A model generated the notes under the pieces. It was not told the DNA's origin and made no database searches. It was given only the letters and a program-made list of their open reading frames with translations. A stretch of 54,453 bases of DNA from NCBI GenBank assembly GCA_049974845.1, contig JBNGCP010000016.1, positions 1-54,453 of the forward strand, given 5' to 3'. The position numbers and the translations under genes were made by a program. Source of the DNA: Anaerolineae bacterium. Lineage in GTDB: Bacteria > Chloroflexota > Anaerolineae > B4-G1 > SLSP01. This document shows, one piece after another, positions 9,029 through 18,230 of this stretch (position 1 is its first letter; every line of letters starts with the position of its first letter).

Positions 9029-9670
9029 TTAGGCGACGGCCTTCCGGATTGCGTCCACGACCATATTGGGTGGTGCAGCGCCCTCGATGCGCTCCTGGTC
9101 GTTGATCACGTTGAGCGGCACGCCCATCACATTGTATTGGTTAGCCAGGTCAGGGAACTCGGCTGCCTCAACCACGTCGGCGTTCACCAGCTCGCTCTCC
9201 ACTGCCATCTCCATCGCCAACACGGCAGCGCGCGGGCAGTAGGGGCAGGTGGGCGTGACGAAGACCTGGAACTCAACTGGCTTGCTCAGACTTGCCAGAT
9301 ACTCCTTAACCGACGCGTCCAGCTCCGACGTCCCATGGCTGGCTCTCTGAATACCGTGAAGCAGGGTTGAGAACTCGTAGCCCGATGGAATGCCAAAGAA
9401 GCGCAGGCCGTAGTCGCGCTCCCCGGTAATCGCAATCGCCGGCGCGCGCGGGATGTTCATAGCCTCCGCCTGGTCGACATGCTCATGAATCTCGAATTGC
9501 TCCACGACCACCTTGTCGCTCGTGGCCGCGACCTCGTTGACCAGTTGCACAATCTCGGTGCAGTACTCACAATTCTGATCGTCGGTGAAAACGGTCAACT
9601 TGACCTCACGCGGCAGATCAGCGAGCATCTCCTTCACGTTTTGTAGGATTTCATCATTCAGTAGAGCCAT
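9029..9670 (-). CDS. protein disulfide oxidoreductase (PDO; AhpF N-terminal-domain-like, two thioredoxin folds)
   Basis: CEYC and CPYC; RFFGIPSGYEFSTL; VFVTPTCPYCP; VMGVP. Confidence 0.92.
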   Translation of the reverse strand: MALLNDEILQNVKEMLADLPREVKLTVFTDDQNCEYCTEIVQLVNEVAATSDKVVVEQFEIHEHVDQAEAMNIPRAPAIAITGERDYGLRFFGIPSGYEFSTLLHGIQRASHGTSELDASVKEYLASLSKPVEFQVFVTPTCPYCPRAAVLAMEMAVESELVNADVVEAAEFPDLANQYNVMGVPLNVINDQERIEGAAPPNMVVDAIRKAVA

Positions 9671-9741
9671 CAGCAGAGTCTCCCTTGTCTCTAGTTTCGT
9701 TTGTGCAACCCTCATTTTAGTAGGTTGCTATCTACGATATG

Positions 9742-9769
9742 ATTATAGCATTGGGCTATATGCAGTCAA
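9742..9769 (-). promoter_or_regulatory. sigma70 promoter of the redox operon with an overlapping palindromic operator
   Basis: Minus strand TTGACT-N16-TATAAT with an extended -10 TG; TATAGC-N5-GCTATA palindrome at 9744-9760. Confidence 0.7.
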
Positions 9770-9893
9770 GGCGGCTGGTGCGTCCGTAAGCGGATCTAAG
9801 GAGTTTCTAACGCTTGTGTTGTGAGGCGCGTTTGTCCTGACGGAAGGCGATAGGGGATTGTCGGAATGCAGATTTGGCGTAGACTTGGGCCTT

Positions 9894-11651
9894 GTGCACG
9901 ATCTAATCTTTCTTCACGCGCCCAGTGTCTACGACTTCCGGAAGCGAGCGACCCTGTGGGGGCCGATTTCAGACCTGGTGCCCTCCACACCGGTCTTCGA
10001 TATGTATCCCCTCGGCTTCGCCACGATGCTGGCACATCTCCAGAACGCCGGCTATCAGGTGCGGATTGCGAACCTGGCGGCGAGGATGGTTCGCTCGTCG
10101 CGCTTTGACCCAGATCGGTTCGTCGCCAACTTGAGTGCTCGGGCCTTCGGGATCGATCTGCATTGGCTGCCGCACGCTCACGGCGCGCTTGAGGTGGCGG
10201 AACGCGTGAAGGCCTACCATCCCGAGTCCCCGGTGATTGTTGGGGGATATTCCGCAAGCTACTTCCACGAGGAACTGATCCGGCATCCCTCGGTCGACTT
10301 CGTCGTGCGGGGAGATTCGGCTGAGATTCCGATGGAGCGACTGATGGCCCACATCCTCGGGGGCACTGCGCCGGAGGACGTGCCGAACCTGACGTGGCAG
10401 GACGCGAGGGACGAGGTGCATGTGAATCCGTTGACGTGCGTGCCCGATTCCCTGGATCACCTAACCCTCGACTATTATCCGGTGGTGCGCTCCGTCGTTC
10501 GGGAGCGGGACCTGCTGAACTACGTTCCGTTCAGCCACTGGTTGGAGTATCCGATCATGGCATCGCTGACGGTGAAGGGATGCACTCAGAACTGCACGAT
10601 CTGCGGCGGCTCTGCCGCTGCTGCGCGCCGTATCTCCAACCGGGGCCGTCCTGCCTATCGGTCGCCGGAGCTGCTGGCAGACGATGTGCGGCGGATGGGG
10701 GAGTTGAGCCGCGCGCCGGTCTTTCTGCTCGGTGACTTGCGGCAGGGTGGTGACGACTATGCACGGCGGTTTCTCCAGGCTGTGCAGGGCTTCGATGGAT
10801 CGGTGATCGTCGAGTTCTTTCGCCCTGTCGACCAGGCATTTGCTGAGGCGTTGGCAGCGGCGCTGCCGAATTTCGTCGTGGAGTTCTCCCCGGAGTCCCA
10901 TGATTCGCGGGTGCGGCGGGCCTCGGGAAAACCCTATAGCACCGAGGGCATCGCACAGACGATCGATGCCTGCCTCGCGGCGGGCGCCCGGCGGTTCGAT
11001 CTCTTCTTTATGATCGGGCTCTCCCAACAGACGCCGGGCTCGGCCCTCGAGACGGTGGACTATTGTCGGGAGCTGCTGACCCGCTTTGATGATGGTCGCC
11101 TCATCCCCTTTACGTCGCCGCTGGCACCGTTCCTCGATCCCGGGAGTCGCGCCTACGAGCAACCGGAGCGCTATGGCTATCTCCGCCGTGCGCATACGCT
11201 GGCGGACCATCGACGACTCCTGCTTCAGCCTACCTGGAAGCATATCCTCTCATACGAGACACGGTGGATGGACCGCGAGACGCTGGTCGACGTCACATAC
11301 GAAGCCGGTTTCCGGCTCAATCGCCTGAAGCGAGAGGTAGGGCTCGTGAGCGTCGAAAAGGCCGAGGAGACCGAAGCGCGCATTGCGGAGGCGAGAGTGC
11401 TGATGGCGGAGATCGACCGGCTTCGGGCTACGTTGGACCCCGCAAGCTTCGATGCTGCATTGCAGAGCCTCAAGCCCCGTATCGATGCTGCCAATACGTC
11501 CACGGTATGTGACAAGTCGGAGCTCGATGTGGACGTGGGCATTGTGCCTTTCAAGCTCCTCAGCCTGGCGCGGATTGGCCTGGGGCTGGGCGCAACGCAT
11601 CGGGAGCCGTTGCGGCACCTTCCTCAGGCGGGGAAGGAGCTGCCGGGCTGA
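9894..11651 (+). CDS. B12-binding domain/radical SAM protein (TIGR04190/Ta0216-like)
   Basis: DLIFLHAPSVYDFR...DLVPSTPVFDMYPLGF, GIDLHWLPHAHG, CTQNCTIC; start uncertain (TTG 9858 or GTG 9894). Confidence 0.88.
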   Translation: MHDLIFLHAPSVYDFRKRATLWGPISDLVPSTPVFDMYPLGFATMLAHLQNAGYQVRIANLAARMVRSSRFDPDRFVANLSARAFGIDLHWLPHAHGALEVAERVKAYHPESPVIVGGYSASYFHEELIRHPSVDFVVRGDSAEIPMERLMAHILGGTAPEDVPNLTWQDARDEVHVNPLTCVPDSLDHLTLDYYPVVRSVVRERDLLNYVPFSHWLEYPIMASLTVKGCTQNCTICGGSAAAARRISNRGRPAYRSPELLADDVRRMGELSRAPVFLLGDLRQGGDDYARRFLQAVQGFDGSVIVEFFRPVDQAFAEALAAALPNFVVEFSPESHDSRVRRASGKPYSTEGIAQTIDACLAAGARRFDLFFMIGLSQQTPGSALETVDYCRELLTRFDDGRLIPFTSPLAPFLDPGSRAYEQPERYGYLRRAHTLADHRRLLLQPTWKHILSYETRWMDRETLVDVTYEAGFRLNRLKREVGLVSVEKAEETEARIAEARVLMAEIDRLRATLDPASFDAALQSLKPRIDAANTSTVCDKSELDVDVGIVPFKLLSLARIGLGLGATHREPLRHLPQAGKELPG

Positions 11652-11739
11652 GGGGGCGCCCGGCTTGGGGTCAGAGGCGACATCAGCGCTGCTGGTGCTG
11701 CGGCGCCCAGCGCCGGGCATCTGTCCCGACCGGGCTACC

Positions 11740-11768
11740 TTGCGCCGGGGGACGGCCGAGGGTACAAT
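11740..11768 (+). promoter_or_regulatory. sigma70 promoter of ppk2-aminotransferase
   Basis: TTGCGC-N17-TACAAT. Confidence 0.6.
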
Positions 11769-11921
11769 CTCGCCTGGAGGAAAGTCCCAGCCATGCGCGT
11801 CAGGGATGGGCGCCTCTCTCTTTCGAGTCCACCGCCCGGTGTGAGCCTTTCGCCCACGCTTGGGGCCGGCAGCCGGAAATTCGTACCGGCTATACCTCGT
11901 GAAAAGGAGGAATCGCACGCT

Positions 11922-12725
11922 ATGGATCGTTATCGAATTGCTCCGAACACCAACGTGGATCTGGCCGCCTGGGATCCACGAGACAAGTCTGCGTTCGATG
12001 GCACGAAGAAGGCCGGCAAAGAGGTGTTGCGCATGCTGAATCGCCGGCTGGAATCGCTCCAAGAGCTGCTCTACGCTGAGGGCAAGCGCAAGATCTTGAT
12101 CGTGCTCCAGGCGATGGACACCGGCGGCAAGGACGGCGTCATCCGGCACGTCTTCGAGGGCGTGAATCCGCAAGGTGTGAAGGTCGCGAACTTCAAAACG
12201 CCGACGCCACGGGAGCTCTCCCACGACTATCTATGGCGCGTCCATCCCCACACGCCCGGACGGGGCGAGATCGTGATCTTCAATCGCAGTCACTATGAGG
12301 ATGTCCTCGTCGTGCGCGTCCATAACCTTGTGCCACCTGAGGTGTGGGAGCGGCGGTATGATCACATCAACGCGTTTGAGCGCATGCTGGCGGATGAGGG
12401 AACGACGATCCTGAAGTTCTACCTGCATATCAGCAAGGAGGAGCAGCGCGAGCGTCTGCAGGCGCGTCTCGACGAGCCGGATAAGCGGTGGAAGTTCAGC
12501 TTAGGGGATCTCGACGAGCGCTTGCTCTGGGACGAGTACATGGCGGCCTATGAGGCCGTTCTGAGCAGGACGTCCACCGAGTGGGCGCCCTGGTATCTCA
12601 TACCGGCGGACCGCAAATGGTATCGCAATCTGGTGATCGGCACGACGCTGGTGTCCACATTGCAGGACCTCGACATGCAGTATCCAGAACTCGACTACGA
12701 TCCCGACGCGGTTGAGGTTGTCTAG
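11922..12725 (+). CDS. ppk2: polyphosphate kinase 2 family (polyphosphate:nucleotide phosphotransferase)
   Basis: QAMDTGGKDG Walker A, FNRSHYEDVL, KRWKF, PADRKWYRN; AAGGAGG RBS before ATG 11922. Confidence 0.93.
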   Translation: MDRYRIAPNTNVDLAAWDPRDKSAFDGTKKAGKEVLRMLNRRLESLQELLYAEGKRKILIVLQAMDTGGKDGVIRHVFEGVNPQGVKVANFKTPTPRELSHDYLWRVHPHTPGRGEIVIFNRSHYEDVLVVRVHNLVPPEVWERRYDHINAFERMLADEGTTILKFYLHISKEEQRERLQARLDEPDKRWKFSLGDLDERLLWDEYMAAYEAVLSRTSTEWAPWYLIPADRKWYRNLVIGTTLVSTLQDLDMQYPELDYDPDAVEVV

Positions 12726-12784
12726 CTAACGGGCGGCATAGGATCAGAAATCGGTATGCAGGCGCCCGCAGTAAGGAGTGGAGG

Positions 12785-13951
12785 ATGAAAGATCGCGAGC
12801 TGTTGATGATTCCCGGACCTATTGAGTTTCGGCCTGCGGTGCTGGCGGCGCTCGGCGCCCCGACGACGAGCCACGTCGCCCCAGATTTCATCGAGGTCTT
12901 CGGGCAGGCGCTGGAGCGGATGCGAGAGGTCTTTCTGGCCCCTGATGGGCAACCGTTCATCGTTGCCGGGTCGGGCACGTTAGCGATGGACCTGGCGGGC
13001 GCAAACCTTATCGAACCGGGGGACAAGGCTCTGGTCGTCAATACGGGCTATTTCGGGGATCGCTATGGCGAGCTGCTCACCCGGTATGGCGCCGAGGTGA
13101 CACACGTTCGCGCGCCGGTCGGTGGGCGTCCACCGCTGCGGGACGTTGAGGCGGAGCTGGAGCGTGGTGACTACAAGCTGATGACGGTCACGCACGTCGA
13201 TACCTCCACCGGTGTGGTCACGGACGTCAAAGGGCTGGCGGAGCTGGCGCGCTCCCACGGAACGCTGATCGTGGTCGATGGCGTCTGCTCCGTCGCCGGT
13301 GAGGCGCTGTACATGCAGGACTGGGGCGTCGACGTGACCTTCACGGCCTCGCAGAAGGCGATCGGGACGCCACCGGGGTTGGCGTTGCTGGTAGCCGGGA
13401 AGCGCGCTATGGATGCCTTCTGGGCTCGCAAAACCCCGGTCCGCAACTATTACGCCGATTGGGACAATTGGCTGCCCATTATGGAGGCTTACGAGGAACG
13501 CCGGCCCAGCTATTTTGGCACGCCGGCGGTTAACCTGATCGCCGCTCTCAACGTCAGCCTGGGGCTGATCCTCCAGGAGGGGATGGATGCGTGCTTCCGA
13601 CGGCACGCGCTCATCAGTCGAGCGTGCAAGACAGCGATCGAGGCTCTTGGATTGGATCAGGTGCCGACCTCCCCGGAGGTCGCAGCCGCCACGATGACGG
13701 CGCCCTGCTTCCCGAAGGGTGTGTCGGGCCAGGAGCTCCTGGCGGAGATCAAGACGGCAGGTGTCGTCGTGGCCGGCGGGCTCCATCCCAAGATCAAAGG
13801 GGAGTACTTCCGCATTGGGCACATGGGCGCGGTCTCGCAGAGTGACCTCCTGGCAACTATCGGTGCGGTGGAAAAGGGCCTCGCTGCCTGCGGCTACGAC
13901 TTCCAGATAGGTGTCGGCGTCGCCGCTGCTATGCAGGCCCTCGCTTCCTGA
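12785..13951 (+). CDS. alanine--glyoxylate / serine--pyruvate aminotransferase family (PLP class V)
   Basis: LLMIPGP, GSGT, HVDTSTG, VDGVCS, TASQKA-PPGL (PLP Lys), FRIGHMG. Confidence 0.93.
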   Translation: MKDRELLMIPGPIEFRPAVLAALGAPTTSHVAPDFIEVFGQALERMREVFLAPDGQPFIVAGSGTLAMDLAGANLIEPGDKALVVNTGYFGDRYGELLTRYGAEVTHVRAPVGGRPPLRDVEAELERGDYKLMTVTHVDTSTGVVTDVKGLAELARSHGTLIVVDGVCSVAGEALYMQDWGVDVTFTASQKAIGTPPGLALLVAGKRAMDAFWARKTPVRNYYADWDNWLPIMEAYEERRPSYFGTPAVNLIAALNVSLGLILQEGMDACFRRHALISRACKTAIEALGLDQVPTSPEVAAATMTAPCFPKGVSGQELLAEIKTAGVVVAGGLHPKIKGEYFRIGHMGAVSQSDLLATIGAVEKGLAACGYDFQIGVGVAAAMQALAS

Positions 13952-13976
13952 GGCGATTCGGCTCTGTGCAGCCCTC

Positions 13977-14010
13977 CGCCTCCGGGGTCTTGAGATCCCG
14001 GAGGCGTTTT
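13977..14010 (+). terminator. intrinsic terminator
   Basis: cgcctccggg / cccggaggcg stem followed by TTTT. Confidence 0.8.
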
Positions 14011-14061
14011 GCGTCCCCCGCCGTGATCGGCTCGGGCATTGCGCCGCGCCGCGGTGCCGGG

Positions 14062-14087
14062 TATAATCATGACAGACTACGGCATAA
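14062..14087 (+). promoter_or_regulatory. -10 box plus putative WYL-regulator operator (autoregulatory)
   Basis: TATAAT at 14062-14067 is followed by ATGAC-N7-GGCAT, similar to GAC-N7-GTC sites of YafY/DriD-type regulators. Confidence 0.6.
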
Positions 14088-14111
14088 TCTGGCTTTCCCC
14101 ACGGAGCAGCT

Positions 14112-15065
14112 ATGGCGAACGTAGCTACACGACTGATCTCGCTGATCATGCTGATGCAATCCCGGCCTATGTGGAAGGCGGCGGAGCTCGCTAAGGAGCT
14201 CAACGTCTCAGAGCGGACGATCCACCGCTACATGGGTATGCTGGAGGAGATGGGGGTTCCGATCTACACAGAGCGGGGCCCCTATGGAGGATTCGCCCTG
14301 GTGCGTGGCTACAAGCTGCCACCACTTATCTTCACCGCTGAGGAGGCGACGGCCCTCTACATGGGCGCCAAGCTCGTTGCGGAGGTGTGGGGTGAAGTCT
14401 ATCAGGAGGCGGTCACGAGTGTCACGGCTAAGCTGGACAACGTGCTCCCCGATGACCTGCGGCGCGAGGTGGCGCAAGCCGAGCAGAGCCTCGTGGTGGG
14501 TGGGCTGGTCGCGCGGGACTACCGTCCTTGGATGAACACCCTACAGGCTCTACGAAAGTGCATCCAGACGCGCCGCTCGGTTCGCATCACCTACCATAGC
14601 TTCAAGTTGGAAGAGACCTGCCGTGAGGTCGATCCGTATGCTTTGACCTTCCGGTGGGGGCTGTGGTACGTCGTAGGCTATTGCAAGCTGCGGGACGATC
14701 TCCGGACGTTCCGAGTCGATCGCATTCGGGATATCGAGGTGCTCGACGCGTCGTTCGAGGTGCCGGATAGTTTCTCTGCCCGTGCCTACGTCGAGGAGTC
14801 CATGCGCTTTGAGAACCGGTACACGATTGAGGTCCATATGGACGCGCGGGTCGCCCCCCATGTTCGCGAACGCACCGAGCACTGGTTGGCCCTGGAGAAC
14901 CACGATGATGGCTCGGTCACCATTCGGCTGAACGTGTCCGACCTGGACTGGGCGACCGGTTGGGTCCTGAGCTACGGCGACGCGGCGAAGGCACTGGCGC
15001 CGCCGGAGCTCATCGAGCGGATACGCGCGGAGGCGAGGGCGGTCCTGTCGCGTTACGCCTTGTGA
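14112..15065 (+). CDS. YafY/DriD-type HTH-WYL transcriptional regulator
   Basis: HTH (ELAKELNVSERTIHRY), GPYGGF, REVDPY, WYVVGYC, RTFRVDRI, C-terminal WCX-like WVLSYG. Confidence 0.95.
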   Translation: MANVATRLISLIMLMQSRPMWKAAELAKELNVSERTIHRYMGMLEEMGVPIYTERGPYGGFALVRGYKLPPLIFTAEEATALYMGAKLVAEVWGEVYQEAVTSVTAKLDNVLPDDLRREVAQAEQSLVVGGLVARDYRPWMNTLQALRKCIQTRRSVRITYHSFKLEETCREVDPYALTFRWGLWYVVGYCKLRDDLRTFRVDRIRDIEVLDASFEVPDSFSARAYVEESMRFENRYTIEVHMDARVAPHVRERTEHWLALENHDDGSVTIRLNVSDLDWATGWVLSYGDAAKALAPPELIERIRAEARAVLSRYAL

Positions 15066-16005
15066 GGGAGGCGCCAGAGCTTCTGAAGACGGCGAGCTTG
15101 AAGGGATCCTCGGCGTTGCCGTCCGCGTTGTGAAGCCACGGCGTTTCAGCCACGATGGGTGTGCAGGGTCCGTAGGTGCAGACGGCGATGGGGCTCTGTT
15201 GCGCTTGCTCTTCGAGCTTCGCCATCACGGCGTGGAGAACCGTGCCGGTGAAGGGCGTGAAGAGGTAGAAGACGTCGCCTTCCCCGTAGCTGACCTCACG
15301 AGCGTCCGCGTTGACGAAGCGCATGGTCTTTTGGATGTCCAGTCCCAGATTCCGCGCCTGAGAACGGGCATAGGCACACAGAGCCGCGTCGATCTCGACA
15401 CCCACGCTGGGCACACCGGTCAGGAGGTGCACGAGCATCGGCACCTTCCCGAGCCCGGTACCGATGTCATAAAACTGCATGTCGGGCCTAAGATCCACAC
15501 GGTCCACGCGCTCCAGGATGACGCTGCCCGGCGTGGCTTGGTAACTCACCATCTCGGAGGTGAGATCTGCCGTAGGGTCCGGCATATCATCGGGCAAGAG
15601 AAGGCCGCTGATCGCGCTGTCGAGGGTGTCAAATCCGAGGTGGCGGTGCTCCCTGTCTCCGGCGCGGTAGGTTGTGTAGGCATTGAGCCGCTCCCGCAGG
15701 GCCTGTCCGCGCAGCGTGCCGGCGCGAATCTGCTGGCGCATTCCGTCAAAGATGGCACGGTCGATGACCTCAAGCTCGTCGGTCAGCGCTGTAAGCGCGT
15801 GTTGCAGCTCCTTGTAGCCCTCCTCGGCTCCGTAGCGCTGGGCCTCGGCAGTCAGCACCTCCAGAGCGAAGTCGATGTAGTCGAGGGCGTCGATCCGCTC
15901 GGCGAGGTTCTCCGGCTGACGAAGTGTCGGATCGTCGAGCATCGCGGTGCAGACGGCGACGAGGGCGTTGATGTCCACAGGTTGGCTATTGAGCTGGGGT
16001 TGCAA
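15010..16005 (-). CDS. class I SAM-dependent methyltransferase (DOT1-like region)
   Basis: YQATP, FYDIGTGLGKV, GVEID, NADA, FYLFTPF; 3' end overlaps the convergent WYL gene. Confidence 0.8.
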   Translation of the reverse strand: MQPQLNSQPVDINALVAVCTAMLDDPTLRQPENLAERIDALDYIDFALEVLTAEAQRYGAEEGYKELQHALTALTDELEVIDRAIFDGMRQQIRAGTLRGQALRERLNAYTTYRAGDREHRHLGFDTLDSAISGLLLPDDMPDPTADLTSEMVSYQATPGSVILERVDRVDLRPDMQFYDIGTGLGKVPMLVHLLTGVPSVGVEIDAALCAYARSQARNLGLDIQKTMRFVNADAREVSYGEGDVFYLFTPFTGTVLHAVMAKLEEQAQQSPIAVCTYGPCTPIVAETPWLHNADGNAEDPFKLAVFRSSGASLTRRNATGPPSPPRVSAR

Positions 16006-16771
16006 AGAGCGTTAGCTGCGTCGCATCAATGGGCTGATAGGGCGTGACGCGGGTCTCGAAACCGTATCGCGCCTGTAGGCGCTCGAGCAGCGCGTAGAGC
16101 TTGCCGGCGTTTGGCGAGTCGCAACTGTAGCGGTCGCGGTAGGTGCGCTCGTAGGTCTCGCGCAGGCCGGGGAAGAGGCGGTCGAGCTGCGCATAGAAAT
16201 GCGCGCGCTGGCGGTCGCGCATCGACAGGCCAAACCAGGGGACGATGTGGCTCGCCCCGGCCTCCATGGCGCGCTCGACGATGGCGGTGACGTTTTCCGG
16301 TGTATCCTCGATGAAGGGCAGTACCGGCATCAGCATGACGCCGGTCTCAATGCCGGCCTGGGCCAAGGCGTGCATTGCGGCGAAGCGACGGGATGAGGGT
16401 GGGGCACCCGGCTCCAGCTTACGCGCCAGCTCATCGTCCGCGGTGGTGATGGTGAAGCTCACGACGGCCTGGGCGCGCCGATGGATCTCCTGGAAGATAG
16501 CAACGTCCCGCAGGGCGAGGTCGCTCTTGGTAAGCGCGTGGACGGGGAAGCCGAACTCGGCGATGACCTCCATTGCTCGCCGCGTCAGCCGGATCTCGCG
16601 CTCCAGCGGCATGTAGCAGTCGTTCATCGAGCCCAGCGCAATCAGGCCCTTGATGCGCTTGCGCGAGAGCTCGTCGCGCAGCAGGTCGATGGCGTTGACC
16701 TTGACCAGCACCTCCCCGTCGAAATCCTCGATGAGGAGGGTCTTGGCCTGGATCTCGCGCACTCTGGTCAT
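15986..16771 (-). pseudogene. SplB/Rv2578c-like radical SAM protein with an in-frame deletion of the CxxxCxxC region
   Basis: EIQAKTLL is joined directly to IEDFDGEVLVKVNA. Downstream GSMNDCY, LTKS, LEPGAP and MPVLPFIED are intact, but no Fe-S Cys triad is present. Confidence 0.75.
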
Positions 16772-16793
16772 GACGGTGTCCGCAGTTTACCTT

Positions 16794-17553
16794 CTACAGG
16801 GCCTCGCTGGAGAAGAGAGCGGCTGCCTCGGCGATGCGGGCGACGGTGGGCACCCCAAAGGGGCATCGTGCTTCGCAGGGGCCGCACTGCGTGCAGCCGT
16901 CGGGCGGGGCGGGCAGCGCCGTGTAGGCGGCCTGCAGCGCCGGTGTCATACCCGACTGCGCCAGATCCAGCAGCCTCAGCGTCTGACCGATATCGATACG
17001 GGCAGGGCACGGCAGACAATGGTTGCAGTAGGTGCAGTCACCCGACACATATTGGCCGAACTCGGCGAGCAGCGCCGAGAAATCGCGCTCATCGGTGCCG
17101 GCTGTCTCGTAGGCAAGAGCCTCCTTGAGCTCCACCACGTTGGCGCACCCTGGAATCGCTGCTACGACGCCCGGCTGCGAGAGCACGTAGGCGAGACAGC
17201 GGACGGGCGGGATCGCGTCCGGCTTGCGCAGTTTCAGCGCCTCTCCTCCTCGGTAGTAGTGACCAAAGCGCACCGTGCGCGGTCCCTGCAGCAGCTTCCC
17301 GCCAGCATAGGGCTTCATTGCCACGACGGCGACGCCGCGGGTCACGCAGAGCCTCAGCAGGTCCAGCTTGCCGGGCACCGTGTGGCTGGTGAGGTTGACG
17401 GGGAACATCAATACGTCGATGAGACCGCTCTCCACGGCCTGTCGGGCCGTCGCGACAGTGTGCCCGCTGAAGCCGAGATGGCGCACCAGCCCTTCCTCTT
17501 TCAGGCGCAGCGCGAGGCCGAGGAATCCGTCCTCGCGAAAAGTGTATCGTCAT
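16794..17553 (-). pseudogene. aldo/keto reductase with C-terminal 4Fe-4S domain; N-terminal part deleted and frameshifted
   Basis: The RBS+ATG at 17553 is out of frame with ...LKEEGLVRHLGFSGH...AMKPYAGG...CTYCNHCLPCP...CTQCGPCEARCP; the N-terminal AKR barrel is missing. Confidence 0.75.
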
Positions 17554-17559
17554 CTGGTG

Positions 17560-17820
17560 CTAACCCTCCGCTGCTTTAAGCTTGTGTAGAATGGCCCGCC
17601 TCAGTTCGTCGACGCCGAACGGTGGCCCGTAGGGTCGGAAAGGCTCGTCGTCAATCCATATACCCTGGTCGATGCCCCACTCGAGCAGGGTAGCGCGATC
17701 CGAGGTGTTGACAACCTCGAGAACGACGTCCTCGAGGCCGGCGGCCTGGCGCACGATCCTGGCGTTGGCGGGCCCGCCTGGGCACCATCCGCTGACGAAG
17801 ACGGTCACGACCACCTTCAT
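17560..17820 (-). CDS. small thioredoxin-like protein resembling the C-terminal domain of GNAT/YoaP-type proteins
   Basis: KVVVTVFVSGWCP...EWGI...IDD...GPP; ATG overlaps the upstream TGA; may be a remnant. Confidence 0.6.
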   Translation of the reverse strand: MKVVVTVFVSGWCPGGPANARIVRQAAGLEDVVLEVVNTSDRATLLEWGIDQGIWIDDEPFRPYGPPFGVDELRRAILHKLKAAEG

Positions 17821-18188
17821 CAGTCTGCGGCGCTTCCCATAGAGCTCGCGTGAATCTCATCCAGGATATGCTGCAGTTCCGGAGCGTGGTCGAGGAACTC
17901 CCTCAGCGTCTCGCACTCGTCGTACGATGCACACTGGGCGCAACTGGATAGCCCCTTAGCTCGGCAGCAAGCACGGATTGGACACTCCGCGCAATAGGTG
18001 AAGCGGCGGCCCTCGTCGACCAGGCAACCGTCACAGAGGAGGGTCTCAGCGGTGACGTCCGGGTCGTACTGCTCGCGCCAGACAGTTACAACGCGCTCGA
18101 TCATCTCCGGATCGCAAGCCTGGGTGGCCTTGTAGGCGTCACATTTCGAGCAGTCCAGCCCGCAGTAAGCGATGATGTGAGGTTCCAT
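17820..18188 (-). CDS. DUF3795 Cys-rich protein
   Basis: IAYCGLDCSKC, CDGC, CAECPIRACC, CAQC; AAGGAG RBS. Confidence 0.88.
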   Translation of the reverse strand: MEPHIIAYCGLDCSKCDAYKATQACDPEMIERVVTVWREQYDPDVTAETLLCDGCLVDEGRRFTYCAECPIRACCRAKGLSSCAQCASYDECETLREFLDHAPELQHILDEIHASSMGSAAD

Positions 18189-18230
18189 CTCTCGTCTCCT
18201 TTTAGATCCTATGTTCTATCCCTGTACGTA

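Noticed and set aside
5216-9670. Selenocysteine recoding in the redox genes
   Set aside because: All active-site positions are Cys codons and there is no in-frame TGA.
11776-11897. GAGGAAAGTCC resembles the RNase P RNA 5' conserved region
   Set aside because: Only ~130 nt are available and there is no complementary P4 partner or other conserved regions; it is better read as an RBS-like sequence.
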